Origin: Podospora anserina
Taxonomy: Eukaryota
Assembly: GCA_017654855.1 (NCBI GenBank)
Contig: CM030332.1
Location: 4,712,001 to 4,776,000, forward strand
DNA length: 64,000 nt
Direction of reading: 5' to 3'
Part shown: piece by piece, positions 23,315 to 35,699 of the stretch
Layout: the number at the start of each line of letters is the position of its first letter
How positions within the stretch are numbered: position 1 is the stretch's first letter
Position numbers and translations under genes: made by a program
Notes under the pieces: generated by a model
Seen by the model: the letters and a program-made list of their open reading frames with translations, nothing else
Database searches by the model: none
Told to the model about the DNA's origin: nothing

Positions 23315-24286
23315 ATGTCTATCGCCAGGGCCTTCACGACCCGGCGGGTCAAGCAAAGCCTCCAGACATCTGACCTCAACGGTTCACCACAACAGAAGAG
23401 TCCAAAGGGGTCGCTGGGATCTATTCGGCACAAGATCTCCAGTCCTGTCGAGCTGATTCACACCACCAACATGCTTTCTTATAACGCCCCAGATCTTCAT
23501 CCTCTATCAGCCTCGTCGACAGGCTCGCACAGCAGATCTGATGACGATATGTCCGACAGTGCGCTCACCAACGGAACCACACCACCTACTAGCCCCGATG
23601 TTGAATCATCGCCAAAGAGGACGATGCAAAAGAGGGTGATGTCGCCAGAACCGAATCATCTCTCCGCTTACTTTACAGTCCCCGGTCAACCAATCGAGAA
23701 GCCATCCCTTCAAAAGGCAGCACCCATCATCCCACAACGGGCGCCCTCTCACTCCAAAAAGTCGCCAGCTGAGGTTGCCCGGCAAAGGTCAGCTTCCGGG
23801 GTATCACAACGTTCTCAAGCATCAACAAACGCCAGCTACACTTTCTCTCGGTCCTCCTCCACCAGCACAGCCACCACCGCTACCTCGCAGAGTTCACTTC
23901 CCCTACACATGCAGCAGCACAGGTCGAAGAATTCAGCTGCCGCCGCCGCCGCTGCTGACTTTGTCCGGATGGCCGCGCCACCTCTCACACACCGATATTA
24001 CCCAGCACAACCACAACCCAAGCGACAACATAGAAAGGAGATTTCCGTCTCTCAACATCCGTTCGGCCAGGAGCTCGCCCAGGTGTCGGAGATTGCGGAG
24101 GAGTATGGCCTCAAGGAGCAGATGAGCGTGGTGGACGTGGAAGAGAAGGAGATGGTGGCCAAGGGGCTCAAAAAGTTCAATGCGAATGACTACCTGGGGG
24201 AGATTCAGGGGTTGTTTGCCAACTTTTTTGGGGACGAGTCTGAGCCTGCGGTGCCAACCAGCATGGCGGCTGCAGCTTGGATTTAA
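23315..24286 (+). CDS. Hypothetical Ser-rich fungal protein
   Basis: 323-aa ORF with good ATG context (CAAGATG). Ordered-looking blocks ISSPVELIHTTNMLSYNAPDL and HPFGQELAQVSEIAEEYG flank a low-complexity middle. Confidence 0.8.
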   Translation: MSIARAFTTRRVKQSLQTSDLNGSPQQKSPKGSLGSIRHKISSPVELIHTTNMLSYNAPDLHPLSASSTGSHSRSDDDMSDSALTNGTTPPTSPDVESSPKRTMQKRVMSPEPNHLSAYFTVPGQPIEKPSLQKAAPIIPQRAPSHSKKSPAEVARQRSASGVSQRSQASTNASYTFSRSSSTSTATTATSQSSLPLHMQQHRSKNSAAAAAAADFVRMAAPPLTHRYYPAQPQPKRQHRKEISVSQHPFGQELAQVSEIAEEYGLKEQMSVVDVEEKEMVAKGLKKFNANDYLGEIQGLFANFFGDESEPAVPTSMAAAAWI

Positions 24287-25976
24287 GGCCACATCTTTCG
24301 ATTTTGGACAAAGCTTCTTCTCTCTTGTGTACATATTTTTGTCGCTTTCTTGTAGCCATTGAGGCTGTGCCTACTACGCCTGTAGGATTAGGGAAACTGG
24401 GAATACCAATGGTTGGTTGGGTTTGGGGTGGGAAAATTTGGGGTTTTGGCATTGGACCAAAACTTGAAAAGGGGCTCGTTGTCTTGAGTAGGGGCAGTGT
24501 ACATATTGGGGAGGTAAGGGGTTGATTTCCTTCTTTGGTTTTTTGGAAAGATTTACATCATCACAGGAGAGGTGGACTATATCTTTATTCCTTCTCTTAA
24601 AAGATGTAGTTGAGTTGGTTGGTTTGGTTTGGTTTTTGGCTGTTGGAAGTTTTTGCTATTGACATTCCCCCTATATTTTTCTTCACTTTTGTTCTAGTGG
24701 TAGGAGAAACGAGAATGGTTGTGGATGTTGAATATTATCTCCATTTGGAAGAGGTTTTTTGTTATTGCTTTGCATAAGGTGTTTGCTTGGTGAGGTGAGA
24801 TAAGGTATGCGTAAGTTTGTCGCAGGCTGGGTTGGGCCGGCCGGGGAGGATGATGACCCGACCGATGTCTGCCGCCACCACCTACCATCCCAAGATGAAC
24901 GGGCTGGCCTTGTCGCTCGGTCAAGGAATTTGGTTGACCGAGGGGATATCAGAATAGAAGAATGGGAGTACCTGTCGGGTCGGGGATGCACACACAAACT
25001 TCTTCTAGATGCATCGGGGAGCGTGGTGGCTGGCTGGTTGGATTTGTGGCTGGATGAGGGATGTTGTGTAAGTCTGGGGGGGGGATGATCTATCGCGAGA
25101 ATTCTGCATGCAAGACGGGGGAAATGGTAGAAATAGTATATAGGGTGGTGAGAACGTTGTGAGGAGGATGGGGAGAGGTTGTTATCCGATCCGATCGGAG
25201 CCGATCATCAGTGGTTGTGATATTGTTGTTGACTACCTTGGACATGGCACAGCATGCTCTAGTTGGTGTTGGCAGGCGGGTGACCCTTTACACTGCAGAG
25301 GGTAAGTCTGAAAGGGCGGCTTGCAGAGGGCTGAAACTCGGATTGTCGATGGCATGTGCGGTTGATGAGAGACGGGCAGTGGTGGGTCTATGCCCGTGGT
25401 GTCCCGATGTGGAGGCATCAGATCATTTTGTGTTACTGTGATGATCTCCTGCCACGGACGCCTCGTTGCTGATGATCGTTTCAGGAGCGGTAATTCCCTT
25501 CTGTTGTCTTGAGTAAAGTTATCGCCTGAAAAGCCACTGGAAGTGAACCCAATCTCAAGTCCGATCTTGGACATATCTCATCACCGCCCTACCGCTTCAG
25601 CCCACCTGTACAAGCAGCCCGGAATGGAGGTTGACCAAAAAGTCCGATCATGTCGATCACCCGTTACCCGTGCCGCTTGCCGGCCTCGGGTCGGGGTAGT
25701 GGGCTCCGGATTGAGGTGGGGCTAGCCGTCGTGGCTGGTAGACCCGCCGTGCCTCCCCGGAAATGAGTGGGGCCGGCCGGCCGGTGTTTATGACCCGGAC
25801 CGGGCTGCCGGGTCGGTGTTTGTCAACTGTGGTGTTGGGACCGTGGTAGTTTGTTGACCTGGTATTTGACCGTGGGATTTTGGAGGTGGAGCTGAGTAGT
25901 TGTCAACACTACCATAGGTGTTGATCATCAGCGCGGTCTTGACAGAATGAACTTGAAGGTTGGAAGTTGTCGGTGG

Positions 25977-26034
25977 ACCCTAACCCTGAAGCTAAATCTC
26001 TCGCCTGGAGCGAGCGCTAACTGGGTTAGGGTTA
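25977..26034. repeat. Inverted pair of telomere-like (TTAGGG) motifs upstream of the C9orf78/Tls1-like gene
   Basis: ACCCTAACCC (25977-25986) and GGGTTAGGGT (26023-26032) are exact reverse complements with a 36-nt spacer. Confidence 0.7.
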
Positions 26035-26133
26035 TTCTCTGATAAGATAGGCTTAGCAATGCACCTTGCTGGACAAGCAGCTTTCGCCGCGCAACCACAC
26101 CATTGCATCACACTAGGTAATCATCAAATCATC

Positions 26134-27375
26134 ATGGCAACAACAAGCCCCGAAGCTACGTCCGAACCGCAAGTCGTCTTCAAGGCCGGGAAAAAGAGAA
26201 AAGCGTACCGCCAACGAGTCGAAGAACCTAAAAGCGCGAACGCTGATAGCCAGCATGCGATCGAGCCAACCCCAGAAAACCCCCCAGCGGTATCAGGCAA
26301 TGGCGCGCAAACAACAGCTGCTGAACAGGACGAAGAGAAAGGCCTCTCTGTCGCCGAGGTACTCAGATTACGAAACTCGCGAAAGCACAAGTTCGGCGGC
26401 GTTGGCTTCCGCGCAAGGCCCGGACAGTCGACACATGGCGATGACGACGGCGGCGTCCCCGAGGAGCAAAGCCTGGTTCTCCACGGCAGTGCCGAGACGG
26501 AAGCAGAACCCTTCGGCGGAATCACACAACGGTTCGCGCCCCAGACAGGTCTGGCTGGCGATCTAGTCAACAAGCATATGTGAGTCTCCCTTTTGGATAC
26601 ACCGAGCGACCCAGAGGCTGATCAAGCAAGGGAGGAATATGTAGAAACTGCATTGGCTAGACGAAAGCGGCAGGCCGCGGAGCTCACAGTACAGCAAGAA
26701 AGCCTCGATGCTGGCGCATCATCAGCAAATGCGGCCAACTCAGATCCGAGCACTTTGCCTTTCAGTGGCCCACAGGTGGATTCGCAGCGAGCTTTACAAG
26801 GCAAGCTTATGGAGATTGACCTGGGTGATGAAGCTCGCGAGCGCAACATCGAGATGACGGAGCGCGCTCGAAAGCGATTACAAGGGCAGATCGACGAGGA
26901 AGATGAGAATGAGGGCCGAAGTAAGACCCGCCTTGGCCCAGATGGGAAGCCATGGCGTGGCCGGAGGCGCAGAGGAAGCGAAGATATCAAGCGAGACCAG
27001 CTCGTGGAGGAGTTTTTGAGCGAGAACAAGCGTAAGTGGACTATGAACTCACCCTTTCAGCCTGTAAGGATTTTAGCTAACCTCCTCGCAGTCGATATCT
27101 ACGATGTACCTTCGGCAGAAACTCCCAGTGCGGCTGACCTGGGAGACGGAGATGAATACGCAGCAGATGATCGCATCGCTGAAGAATTCCGCCGTGATTT
27201 CATGGACGCCATGGCACAAAGACACCGGAAGAAACGAGTAGCTCAGCCCGCTGCTAAGCCTGGCGCCAGCCGAACAGAAGAGGTCCTCAAAGGGCCGAAG
27301 TTGGGTGGCAGTCGAAACGCAAGAGCAGCCATGCGGGAGATATTACTCAAAGAGCAGGCCACGAAGCGAAGGTGA
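26134..27375 (+). CDS. Hep_59 / C9orf78 / Tls1-like spliceosome-associated protein
   Basis: Exons 26134-26579, 26631-27031, 27092-27375. Motifs VAEVLRLRN.RK...GVG, RFAPQTG...VNKHMEEYVE, GKLMEIDLGDEARERNIEMTERA, ADDRIAEEFRR. Confidence 0.82.
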
Positions 27376-29080
27376 AATGTGTTTCTCTAGGCGCGCAGCC
27401 TTGCAGGGGGATGAGGCTTGGGGTCTTGAGGAATGCATTTACAACATGCAAATGCGAAGTCGAGGCTCAAGACTCTCGCACTTAAGCAAAATTTTCGGAT
27501 TTCCTCCGTTTCGGGCCAATACACCACTAAATGCTGACAGCCCTATGGTACCCTGGGGGTTAGATAGCCAGGAGTTCTCTTACTCACACAGCGCTTTTAA
27601 AAATACATGCGATGCTCAAGATTGTCGGTGTAAGTTGGCTTGGGAGCTGAATTCCATATAGGCGGGACAACTGATTAATCCACCACGTGTTTTCTGCAAT
27701 CAAGGGTCACCGAACGGCTCTAGACTTTCTAGATCAGGATATGTTTGAAAGCGGCCAAGGCCATGCCAGGCGACTATACTACTAACGCATTTCAGGATTA
27801 TCGGCCCCCCTTCGTTGGAGTCGCTCTCATTTGACAGGATCAGCGACAAGACGCAGCTCAGCCCCATGCCTGCTGACACCCCGCCGCCCCCCGCCTTGGG
27901 CTGCAGGGAAATAAGAGAAGAGACAGAGAAAAATGATTCCACGAACTGCCTGGAAACGCGTGATTGGAGTGGCGCGGATTTCCCCCCTCTTGGTTACGAG
28001 CAAACTCGCAGTGTCACACAGCTTCTCAAACACAGTTTACACCACAGGCGGAGTATCACCTCAGAAACTTGCTATTCGTCTTATCAGTCTGGGACACTGT
28101 TTTCTTACTCAGTCACTGTATGCACGCGGTGTAAGTCAGGGTGTCAGCGGGAACCGTCCCGCTCCAAAGTATGGATCATCGTGTTGCTATATTGGGCTTT
28201 CTTGTCAAAAAAGGGTCACTATCGGCTGGGTAAGCGATTGGCCAGCTGCAGCTTGATCAAGGCAATTTAGGTGTATCGTTGCAACCACAAATCTGTCTCT
28301 TTGCATTCTTTTCTAGTGGTTATGTACGAAAAAGTCTGGTGAATGCGACGTCAACGACGGGGAGAGAGATATTGGGTGGTTGCCACAATAGGAGAGGAGG
28401 CGAAGGGACTTGGTTTGGTTGAACGGACAGAGTTGCACCGTTGCGGCGTCGCTTTTTCGTTTCACACACACAGCAAGTTTAGTTAAAGTGGTGGTGTGCT
28501 TGTTGCCTTTGGATTTTCGAGGAGGGGGAGGGGGAAGGAGGATCTCTCAGTCTGATAGGAGCAAGTCACCCAGAAACCGGCACAGTGCGGTTCTTCTTTT
28601 GAGGCATATCGATGGATCGGTGGTTGAGTGGGACGCTCAAACCGAAAAGGGCGTTTTCTGGTTGGTGAAAAAAAAACATCTTTTTGTCTGCGCCTCTCAG
28701 CCCTTTGGCTATGCACAGGGGGGGTGCGCGCAATCCTTTCCATCTTTCTCAACTGGGGGGTCACAAGAGAGAGAGGGAGCGCTTGGGCGGTTTGGGTCTG
28801 GCTCGGGGCCTTGTGTGGGATTGGTGCTTACTCGGAGCCTTGCACAATCTCTCTTTGTCTGGCAGCACGGCTTACCTCTTTTTTACTCTTTTCAACGAAA
28901 GGGAATTGACGACAGCATCAATTACGCATCGGAATTTGGTGCCCAGAAGACGCGCGGGCGGACAACCGAACTCGACGACGACGATATCGGCCATGAGATT
29001 GTCAACTTGAAAGGGACGATTGACTCGGGTATCACGAACGGCAAACTATTCTGGACGAGTCCAGGAACCGACAAAGGATA

Positions 29081-30602
29081 ATGAGGATATCGATGAGCCG
29101 GGCCTGGATGGCCGTCACATACATAATGCTTGGATTAGCGAATGGGCAAGATCGTGGGCAAGATCGTGGGCAAGATGCCGCTTCACCTATAAATACTGGA
29201 GTTGGGAAAGCCAATGAATCTGTGCTATTCGACCCCTTGAAATTCAACGGCAATTATAACCCTGAAGCGGCCATATTCTTGGTCAAAGGGAGTATGCCTG
29301 GGACCACTTTCACCTGGAGGAGTCAAAACTACGAGGTTGTCAACAAGATCGCGCTCTGGCAAAGTAGCGAGGACAACAGCGCCATGAGTGGTATGAGCCC
29401 ACCACAGGAGATTACTTTTGTGGCAGTCGTATACGAGAACCCCCCAGAACAGCCGTCCGGACAGTTTCCTGAGGTGACAACGTCAACAAACACGCTCAAC
29501 CTTATGATGAAGCCCACAGTTCCATCACCAACGCCTGGGGCCCCAGGTGTGAGACGACGCCAACCTCCCAAGTCCGATGGTTGCAGCAAATTAATTTCAG
29601 GTATGTGCTGCCACCTGTTACTGATCCAGGTGGGAAATGATATTAAGAATGGATATAGCCCGACAGAACGGCCCTGGCGGTTCCCTCATGTTTGACCCGA
29701 ATGAGCTTAGAGCAAAGTGTGACAAGGTGTTCAAGCCAGGTTTTCCACTCTACTTTGTGGCCAGCTGGGTGGACAATGGTCAATACCGCAAGAGTTATAG
29801 CAGAGCCTTTACAGTGGTTTATCATGAAGAGGGATATGCGGTCGCCTCCACCAACCCTCTATTCAAAGATACAAACCCTTATATTCAGATGGGAAGCGAT
29901 GACGGGACTGATGTACCAGAAGCCCCTTCGGCAACCTCAACCCCTCTGGGTGGCGGCTCCATACCGACCAACGGAGACCCAGCCGCCTTGAGCCCAGCCC
30001 CAAAGAGTGGACTTGAGCTGGGAGCCATCATCGGCATCGCCGTCGGCTGCGGTCTAGCAGGTCTCCTCGCCGTCCTAGGAATCATCTGGTTCGTCGTCCG
30101 CCGCCGCCAACAAAAGCAGAACCTCCACCCCACCGGCTCCTCCAACTCTGACCACCGCGGCGACGACCTCATGGCCGAAAAAGAAGCCCACACCGGCGTC
30201 GACGTAGACGCCTCACCAAACTCGCCTTACTCCGACGACGGTCACCCCAACGGCACCTACCCAACAGGCACCGCCGTCACAACAATAGCCGCGCCAGCAG
30301 CGGCAGCTCCTCCTCACCTTCAAGACCAATCCCGTTCTTACACACCATACTCTGACCGAGCAGGAGCCGCAGCCGGAATTACCGCCACCACACCAAGCAT
30401 CCGAACGGAATCTCTTGCCCAAAACGATGACGGGGCCCGTGCCAACGTTCCCAACCCAATACCAGGGCGGGCGACACCACGGGGTCTAACCACACCATAC
30501 GCCCACTTGGTAGAGGAAGGAATGACGGAGGATGAAATCAGGAGGTTGGAAGAGGAGGAAAGGCAGCTGGACGCTGCGATTGAACAAGCAGGGAGACGAT
30601 AA
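29081..30602 (+). CDS. Type I single-pass membrane protein (Mid2/Wsc-like architecture)
   Basis: Signal-peptide-like N-terminus. Intron 29601-29658 (GTATGT...TAG) joins two ORFs in frame. S/T/P stalk, TM GAIIGIAVGCGLAGLLAVLGIIWFVV followed by RRR, and a coiled tail MTEDEIRRLEEEERQLDAAIE. Confidence 0.78.
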
Positions 30603-31184
30603 AGAAACAAGACTGAGAAAGGGAAAGGGCGCCAGCGGCGTTAAAGGTTGCATGATATCGAATTAGCCAGTCTCGTATTGATTCTTCTGTCCCAACTTCA
30701 CCTCTGCAGTCGTTCTGGCATAAAACTTGGGACCACAGTATGATTGAACATGGTGCGAAAACAGGGGTTTGGGGGTGTGTTTTGCATAGCATCGCGCGTC
30801 ATTCATTCAAAGAGACTTGTGAGAGATCATTATCCATTATCAGTCAGGTCGAACTATGACAAACCATATGTCTTCTTTCAAAGTATGATACCCTGTGGCT
30901 CTCCATCACAATTACCAAATTACATAACCTCGATAACTCTGATGCTGAGTTTCAAACAACATGATTCCATTTCCCTTCGCCCGGCCCAGAAGCTAGATAC
31001 GCTCCCAACCTGAACTTTATAATACCAAAAGAAACATAACAAAACGGCCATGCTAGCCCAAGTTTCCTCAAAAACGCCAATGTCTACGCCCCTGTAATCA
31101 TACACTTCCCGCATCCCAAACTTGTAAGATGGCTTCCTATACTAAACCCCCTTCTCTTGAACCACCCCCACCCAACATAACCCA

Positions 31185-31882
31185 TCATCTCGTAAAGAAC
31201 CTCCCCACCATATTACTCGCAATGCTCCCCGCCAAATTCCCACCATTAAACGCGCTCCCCGCAATATTCGACGCCTGGCTAAACTTGTCGCACCTCGAAA
31301 AAGCAAGCGAGTTCGTGATCGTCAACACAAGCGCAATAGCTACCACCAAACCGTCAGCACCTTCCACTCCCTCAACCACTCATTACCCAAGGTTATACTC
31401 ACCAACAAGCGGCAACCAAATAAACTTGAAACTAAACACCGCCACCACCGCCAGCGCGATCCAAAACAGCGGCTGGGCGTAAATCGCAATCCAAAAGAAC
31501 CTACTGTCCGTCGCGTTGATCACCTTTGACCCCGGCTCGCTGCTCTCAAACACCCAGTGGGAGTCCCCAGTCGATGGGTCGACTTCGTTCCACCAGCGGA
31601 GGCCGACCAAGCGGCGGCCGGCGATGTTTTTGAGGTAGTAAAAGTCGGCGGCGAGGAGGAGGATGGTGATGATGAAGATCATGACGAGGTTGTCGGTGAA
31701 GAGGAGGCCGAATAGGTAGACTAGTAAGCTCGCTGGGGGGAGGGGAATCAGTGAATGCGACGGGGTTGGTAGGAAGAGGGGAAAAACTTACAGACTCGGA
31801 AGCCTAGGAATGTGAGGAGGGTTATTGGGTGGGAGGATAATCGCCAGCTCAGGGAGCCTGGCGCTGGTTGGGGTTGTTCCAT
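31185..31882 (-). CDS. TVP23: Golgi membrane protein Tvp23
   Basis: Exons 31882-31792, 31732-31403, 31339-31185. Motifs [48 protein letters not shown]. Confidence 0.93.
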
Positions 31883-32358
31883 CTTTTCAATCGTATGCGT
31901 CTGGTATGTTCAAGCTGGTGTGCGCCGTGCGTGTGTGGCGGATGGTGATGATTGATAGCTATCTTTTTTGGTGGTGGTGGTGTCTTTGGAGCTGTTGCTT
32001 ACATTGGCTTAGGTGTTGTTAGTGCGCATTACGGAGTACGTGGTGCGTCAACGGGGGTCTAGGCTCCTGAACAGAATTGACAGCTGTGAGGGACGGGTTT
32101 GGCAGCTGGTGAAACGGCTTACATCGGGCCCCCCTTTTCGGCTATTGACCCAGCATCGATCATCCCGTCCCCGCTTCACGACTTACACCACACTTGCTTT
32201 CCTGTTGGGGAAGTGAGATATACCAGGGGTCCGTTGTTTATATTTCTTTTGGATATTAGTGAAGATCGTTCGTGAGAGTTCGCTTTCAACCCTCGGCTTC
32301 TCATCATTCGTCATCGTAACCCTTTCCGAGACTCACTCTCACACTCACTACCGTCAAC

Positions 32359-33433
32359 ATGTCAACCACCTCCACCCTCCGCCGGGCACTCTTATACGGT
32401 ATGTTTCCCCCTCATTCCACCGCCCTCTCTCTCACTCACCAACAACTCCCCAGTCCCCTCCTCCTCCCAAAAATTCCTCTCCAAATCCCTCCTCCTCCCC
32501 CACACAACAGACAACATAACCTACGACCTCGAAGACTCCGTCACCCCCTCCCTCAAACCCACCGCCCGCACCAGCCTCCTATCCCACCTCTCCTCCCTTC
32601 CCAAACCTCCCCCCAACATCGGTGAACTCGCCGTCCGCATAAACGCCATCTCCACCCCCTACGCCCTCACCGACCTCACCACCCTCGCCCCCTTACCCTC
32701 CTCCACCCTCTCTACAATCGTGATCCCCAAAGTCAACTCCCCCTCCGACCTCACCTTCGTAATCGACATCCTCCGCCAAGTCTCCCCCCAAAATGAACCA
32801 CCAAAGAAGGTCATCGCTCTGATCGAGTCCGCCAAGGCGGTCATGGACCTGAAGCAAATCTGCGAGGCAGGAAAGGGGTGTCTTGACGGCTTGATCTTTG
32901 CTGCCGAGGACTTTGCCTTGGATCTGAGCTTGACTCGCACGCCGAGTCTTCGGGAGTTCTTGTACGCCAGGAGTGCGATTGCTACCGCGGCGAGGGCGTT
33001 TGAGCTGAGTAGCACTATTGATTTGGTGTGCACATCTTACAAGGGTGAGGAAGGGAAGGCGAGGTTGGAGGAGGAGTGCAGAGATGGGAAGGAGATAGGG
33101 TTTAACGGGAAGCGTAAGTTTGATCCGTCCAGGATTGTCCCAACTTTAATGAACGGGATACTGACAGGTGAACCAGAATGTATACATCCCAGCCAGGTTG
33201 AGATCGCGCAACGAATGTTTGCGCCGGATGAAAAAGAGGTCGAGTGGGCTGTCAGAGTAGTGATTGCAGATGAAAAGGCCCAGGCTGCTGGAAGAGGGGC
33301 GTGGACACTGGATGATAAGATGATTGATGCTCCCGTGGTTGGGAAGGCTCATTCCGTCGTCACCAAGGCCGAAAAATGTGGCATTGACGTAGAGGGACTG
33401 AGGAGGAAATGGCAGGGTCAAGAACCAGAGTAA
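32359..33433 (+). CDS. Citrate lyase beta subunit-like (CitE/CLYBL; HpcH/HpaI aldolase fold)
   Basis: Exons 32359-32398, 32454-33113, 33177-33433. Motifs LRRALLYVP, YDLEDSV, AVRIN, IPKV, ALIESA, LIFAAEDF, GFNGKQCIHPSQV, MIDAPV. Confidence 0.92.
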
Positions 33434-33455
33434 AAACGAAAAATGCCCAAAACAA

Positions 33456-35699
33456 TCAGGTTTCGTATAACTGTCTATACTGCCCGGGTATAGCAAGCCC
33501 TTGGCCAGACCTCCACATCCTGCCCGGTAACGACAGATCCGCTCTATCCTGCCCCAGGTATCTCGGTAATATTCTTGCAGGTGGCCTTGAATTCCGTTCC
33601 GGGGTTCTGGGACCCAACAAAACCTCCGTGTCGGAGTTTTCAGCAAGATCATCGGCTCCAATAATAGGCGCATACTGGCGGTGTTGGGCATCGTGAGCTG
33701 TGTTGGACCCTTCACCTTCAAGCTCTTCAAGGCTGAAGTACTCTTCAGTCTTGACTGGCACACCATTATCCTCTACCGCCAAGGCATCGCTCAACTCCCC
33801 AAGATCTTCCTCTTCTATCCGTCTGATAAACTCGTCCATGTCTTCCCTGTACGGTGCTTCCGGTCTTTGTACTGTCGAATTCGGTTCCTGGAACCGTACC
33901 CTGTTACTGAATCCCTGCGCAAGTTGTTGAGATGCAATCATGGTTCTTGGTGGCGAGCCTGCTTCGTGTCGCTGAACCAGGTCGCTAAGCCGGCGGTCAA
34001 TTCGCAAGCCCTCGGCGGAGGTATTGGTATGGAGCGGCTGGGAATTGGACGCGTGATACTGCCCGAGAAACTGCTGTTGGCTTCCGCCGTTGGCATGATA
34101 CGAACTTGGTGCTTGAACATAGTGCCGCGAGTGCATAGGCACAATATGGTTGGTCACAAATTCCTCCAGGTATCTTTGTTCGCCAAGAACCTGTCGCCGG
34201 CCCAGTGCTTGTTCAGAAGAATAAGGCTGCCTGTTTGGTAGCGCATGATGCTGATGGAAAGGCTCCTGTTTTATCTCATTGATGGGGGTTGGATTGGTGT
34301 TAGAGTAGGGGCTGTCTGGAAGCAGTTGGATCCTCCTCTGTATTTCAGGACCACGACGAGGTTGCGTGGCAGCATCCTTGGAGTCGTTGAATGCCGTAGG
34401 TACTTGCTCAGTGGGCTTTAGCAACTCGGCCAGCAGCGATGGATCGGTTTGCGTCTCAGCATCTTTGTACCTAGGCAACACTATTGTGACAATATGCCCG
34501 GGGGCTGAGGGTACAACACCGGGACTTTCTTGTCTTGAGGAGTTTTTCGGTAAAGGTGTTTCCAATTGCCCTGATGGTTGTACTCCAGGATGTCTTTCCA
34601 CAGAAAGTCTGATGTGATTGGTATGATCCACTGGCTGGCTTATGGACTTACTCACTGACCAGCTATTGTGGAGAATTTGTTGCTCACGATGACTTCCTTT
34701 CTTAGCAAAGTGCCGACGCTTTCTTTCTTGCTCGTATGCTACGGTGTTAGTTCTCGATGGGCTTGAAAAGTAGGATTCGTCCTGGTTAAGATCGTATGAA
34801 GAGTCCCGCGGGTGGGCAGAAACATATTGCCTTGAGGTTCTTGATGGGAGGGCAAGAGGCCGGTGAGCCGAATGGTGGCGGTCTTCAAATACCTTGCTGA
34901 AACTGGTAGACTGTCGTGACCCCGGAGCATAGCTGGGTTGATGGTCATGTCTGCTGACTTTGGTCAAGTCAGCCAATACCCATCATTAGCATGCTGCACC
35001 CTTACTTACCTGGTGCGAACTTATGATCTGGTACCCTCATACGGCTTTCTGTGTTTATGACTTGCAGCTGTGAACTGTTAATTTGCTCGTCTGTTCCCGT
35101 GTTTGATAGAGTGGGCTTACTGGAACCCGGTCCGTCCTGACCTTCGCCTCCTGGTCTAATTTTCCGTTACGATCTTTGTTTGGTTGTTTCCTACGGTTTA
35201 TTTCCCTTTTATACTCGTACTTGTCCTCGTGAGTTTTGTACCTGCGCCGTTTCTCAAAGCGAGGTTCAACTTGTCCACCATCAAAACCATGCTCCAAGGA
35301 CACCGAGGGACTGCGTGAGACAGATCTGCCCCGTTTCTTGCCTCTGATGATATCGGTGTCTCGATACCTTGGGGAGGAAGTGCGTCGCAACCTTTCGTCG
35401 CTGTCAAGCGCCGTGAGAAGAGAACGATGGGGGTGTCGGTTCTGTGTCCGTTGAACCCAGGCCCGGACGCGCTCACTAGGGTCCGCTCTGTCGTCAGGAA
35501 GGTAGCGCTTTCCTGCATTGTTCAGGGGCTTCTCGACTGCCTCGGTGTGCCGACCCCGATCATGCGATCTCTCCTTGGTGTTCCTTGCGTGTCTGCTTCG
35601 TTCGGGTTGGTCAGAGCGTCGATGGTCATCTTTGGGTCGGTGATTATGCTTCTTTTTTCGCGACGCCGCCGCCGTCATCCACAGCACATCGTCATCCAT
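33456..35699 (-). CDS. Hypothetical low-complexity protein
   Basis: Exons 35699-35121, 35067-35010, 34957-33456 join in frame via introns 35068-35120 (GTAAGC...CAG) and 34958-35009 (GTAAGT...AAG). No recognised domain; start codon uncertain. Confidence 0.62.

Noticed and set aside
28410..29083. 223-aa ORF whose TAA overlaps the next ATG (TAATG), suggesting stop-restart coupling
   Set aside because: No in-frame ATG and no recognisable protein features; most likely 5'UTR or intergenic chance.
29144..29177. GGGCAAGATCGT repeated about three times
   Set aside because: Simple in-frame tandem duplication (GQDR x3) without spacers; not CRISPR-like.
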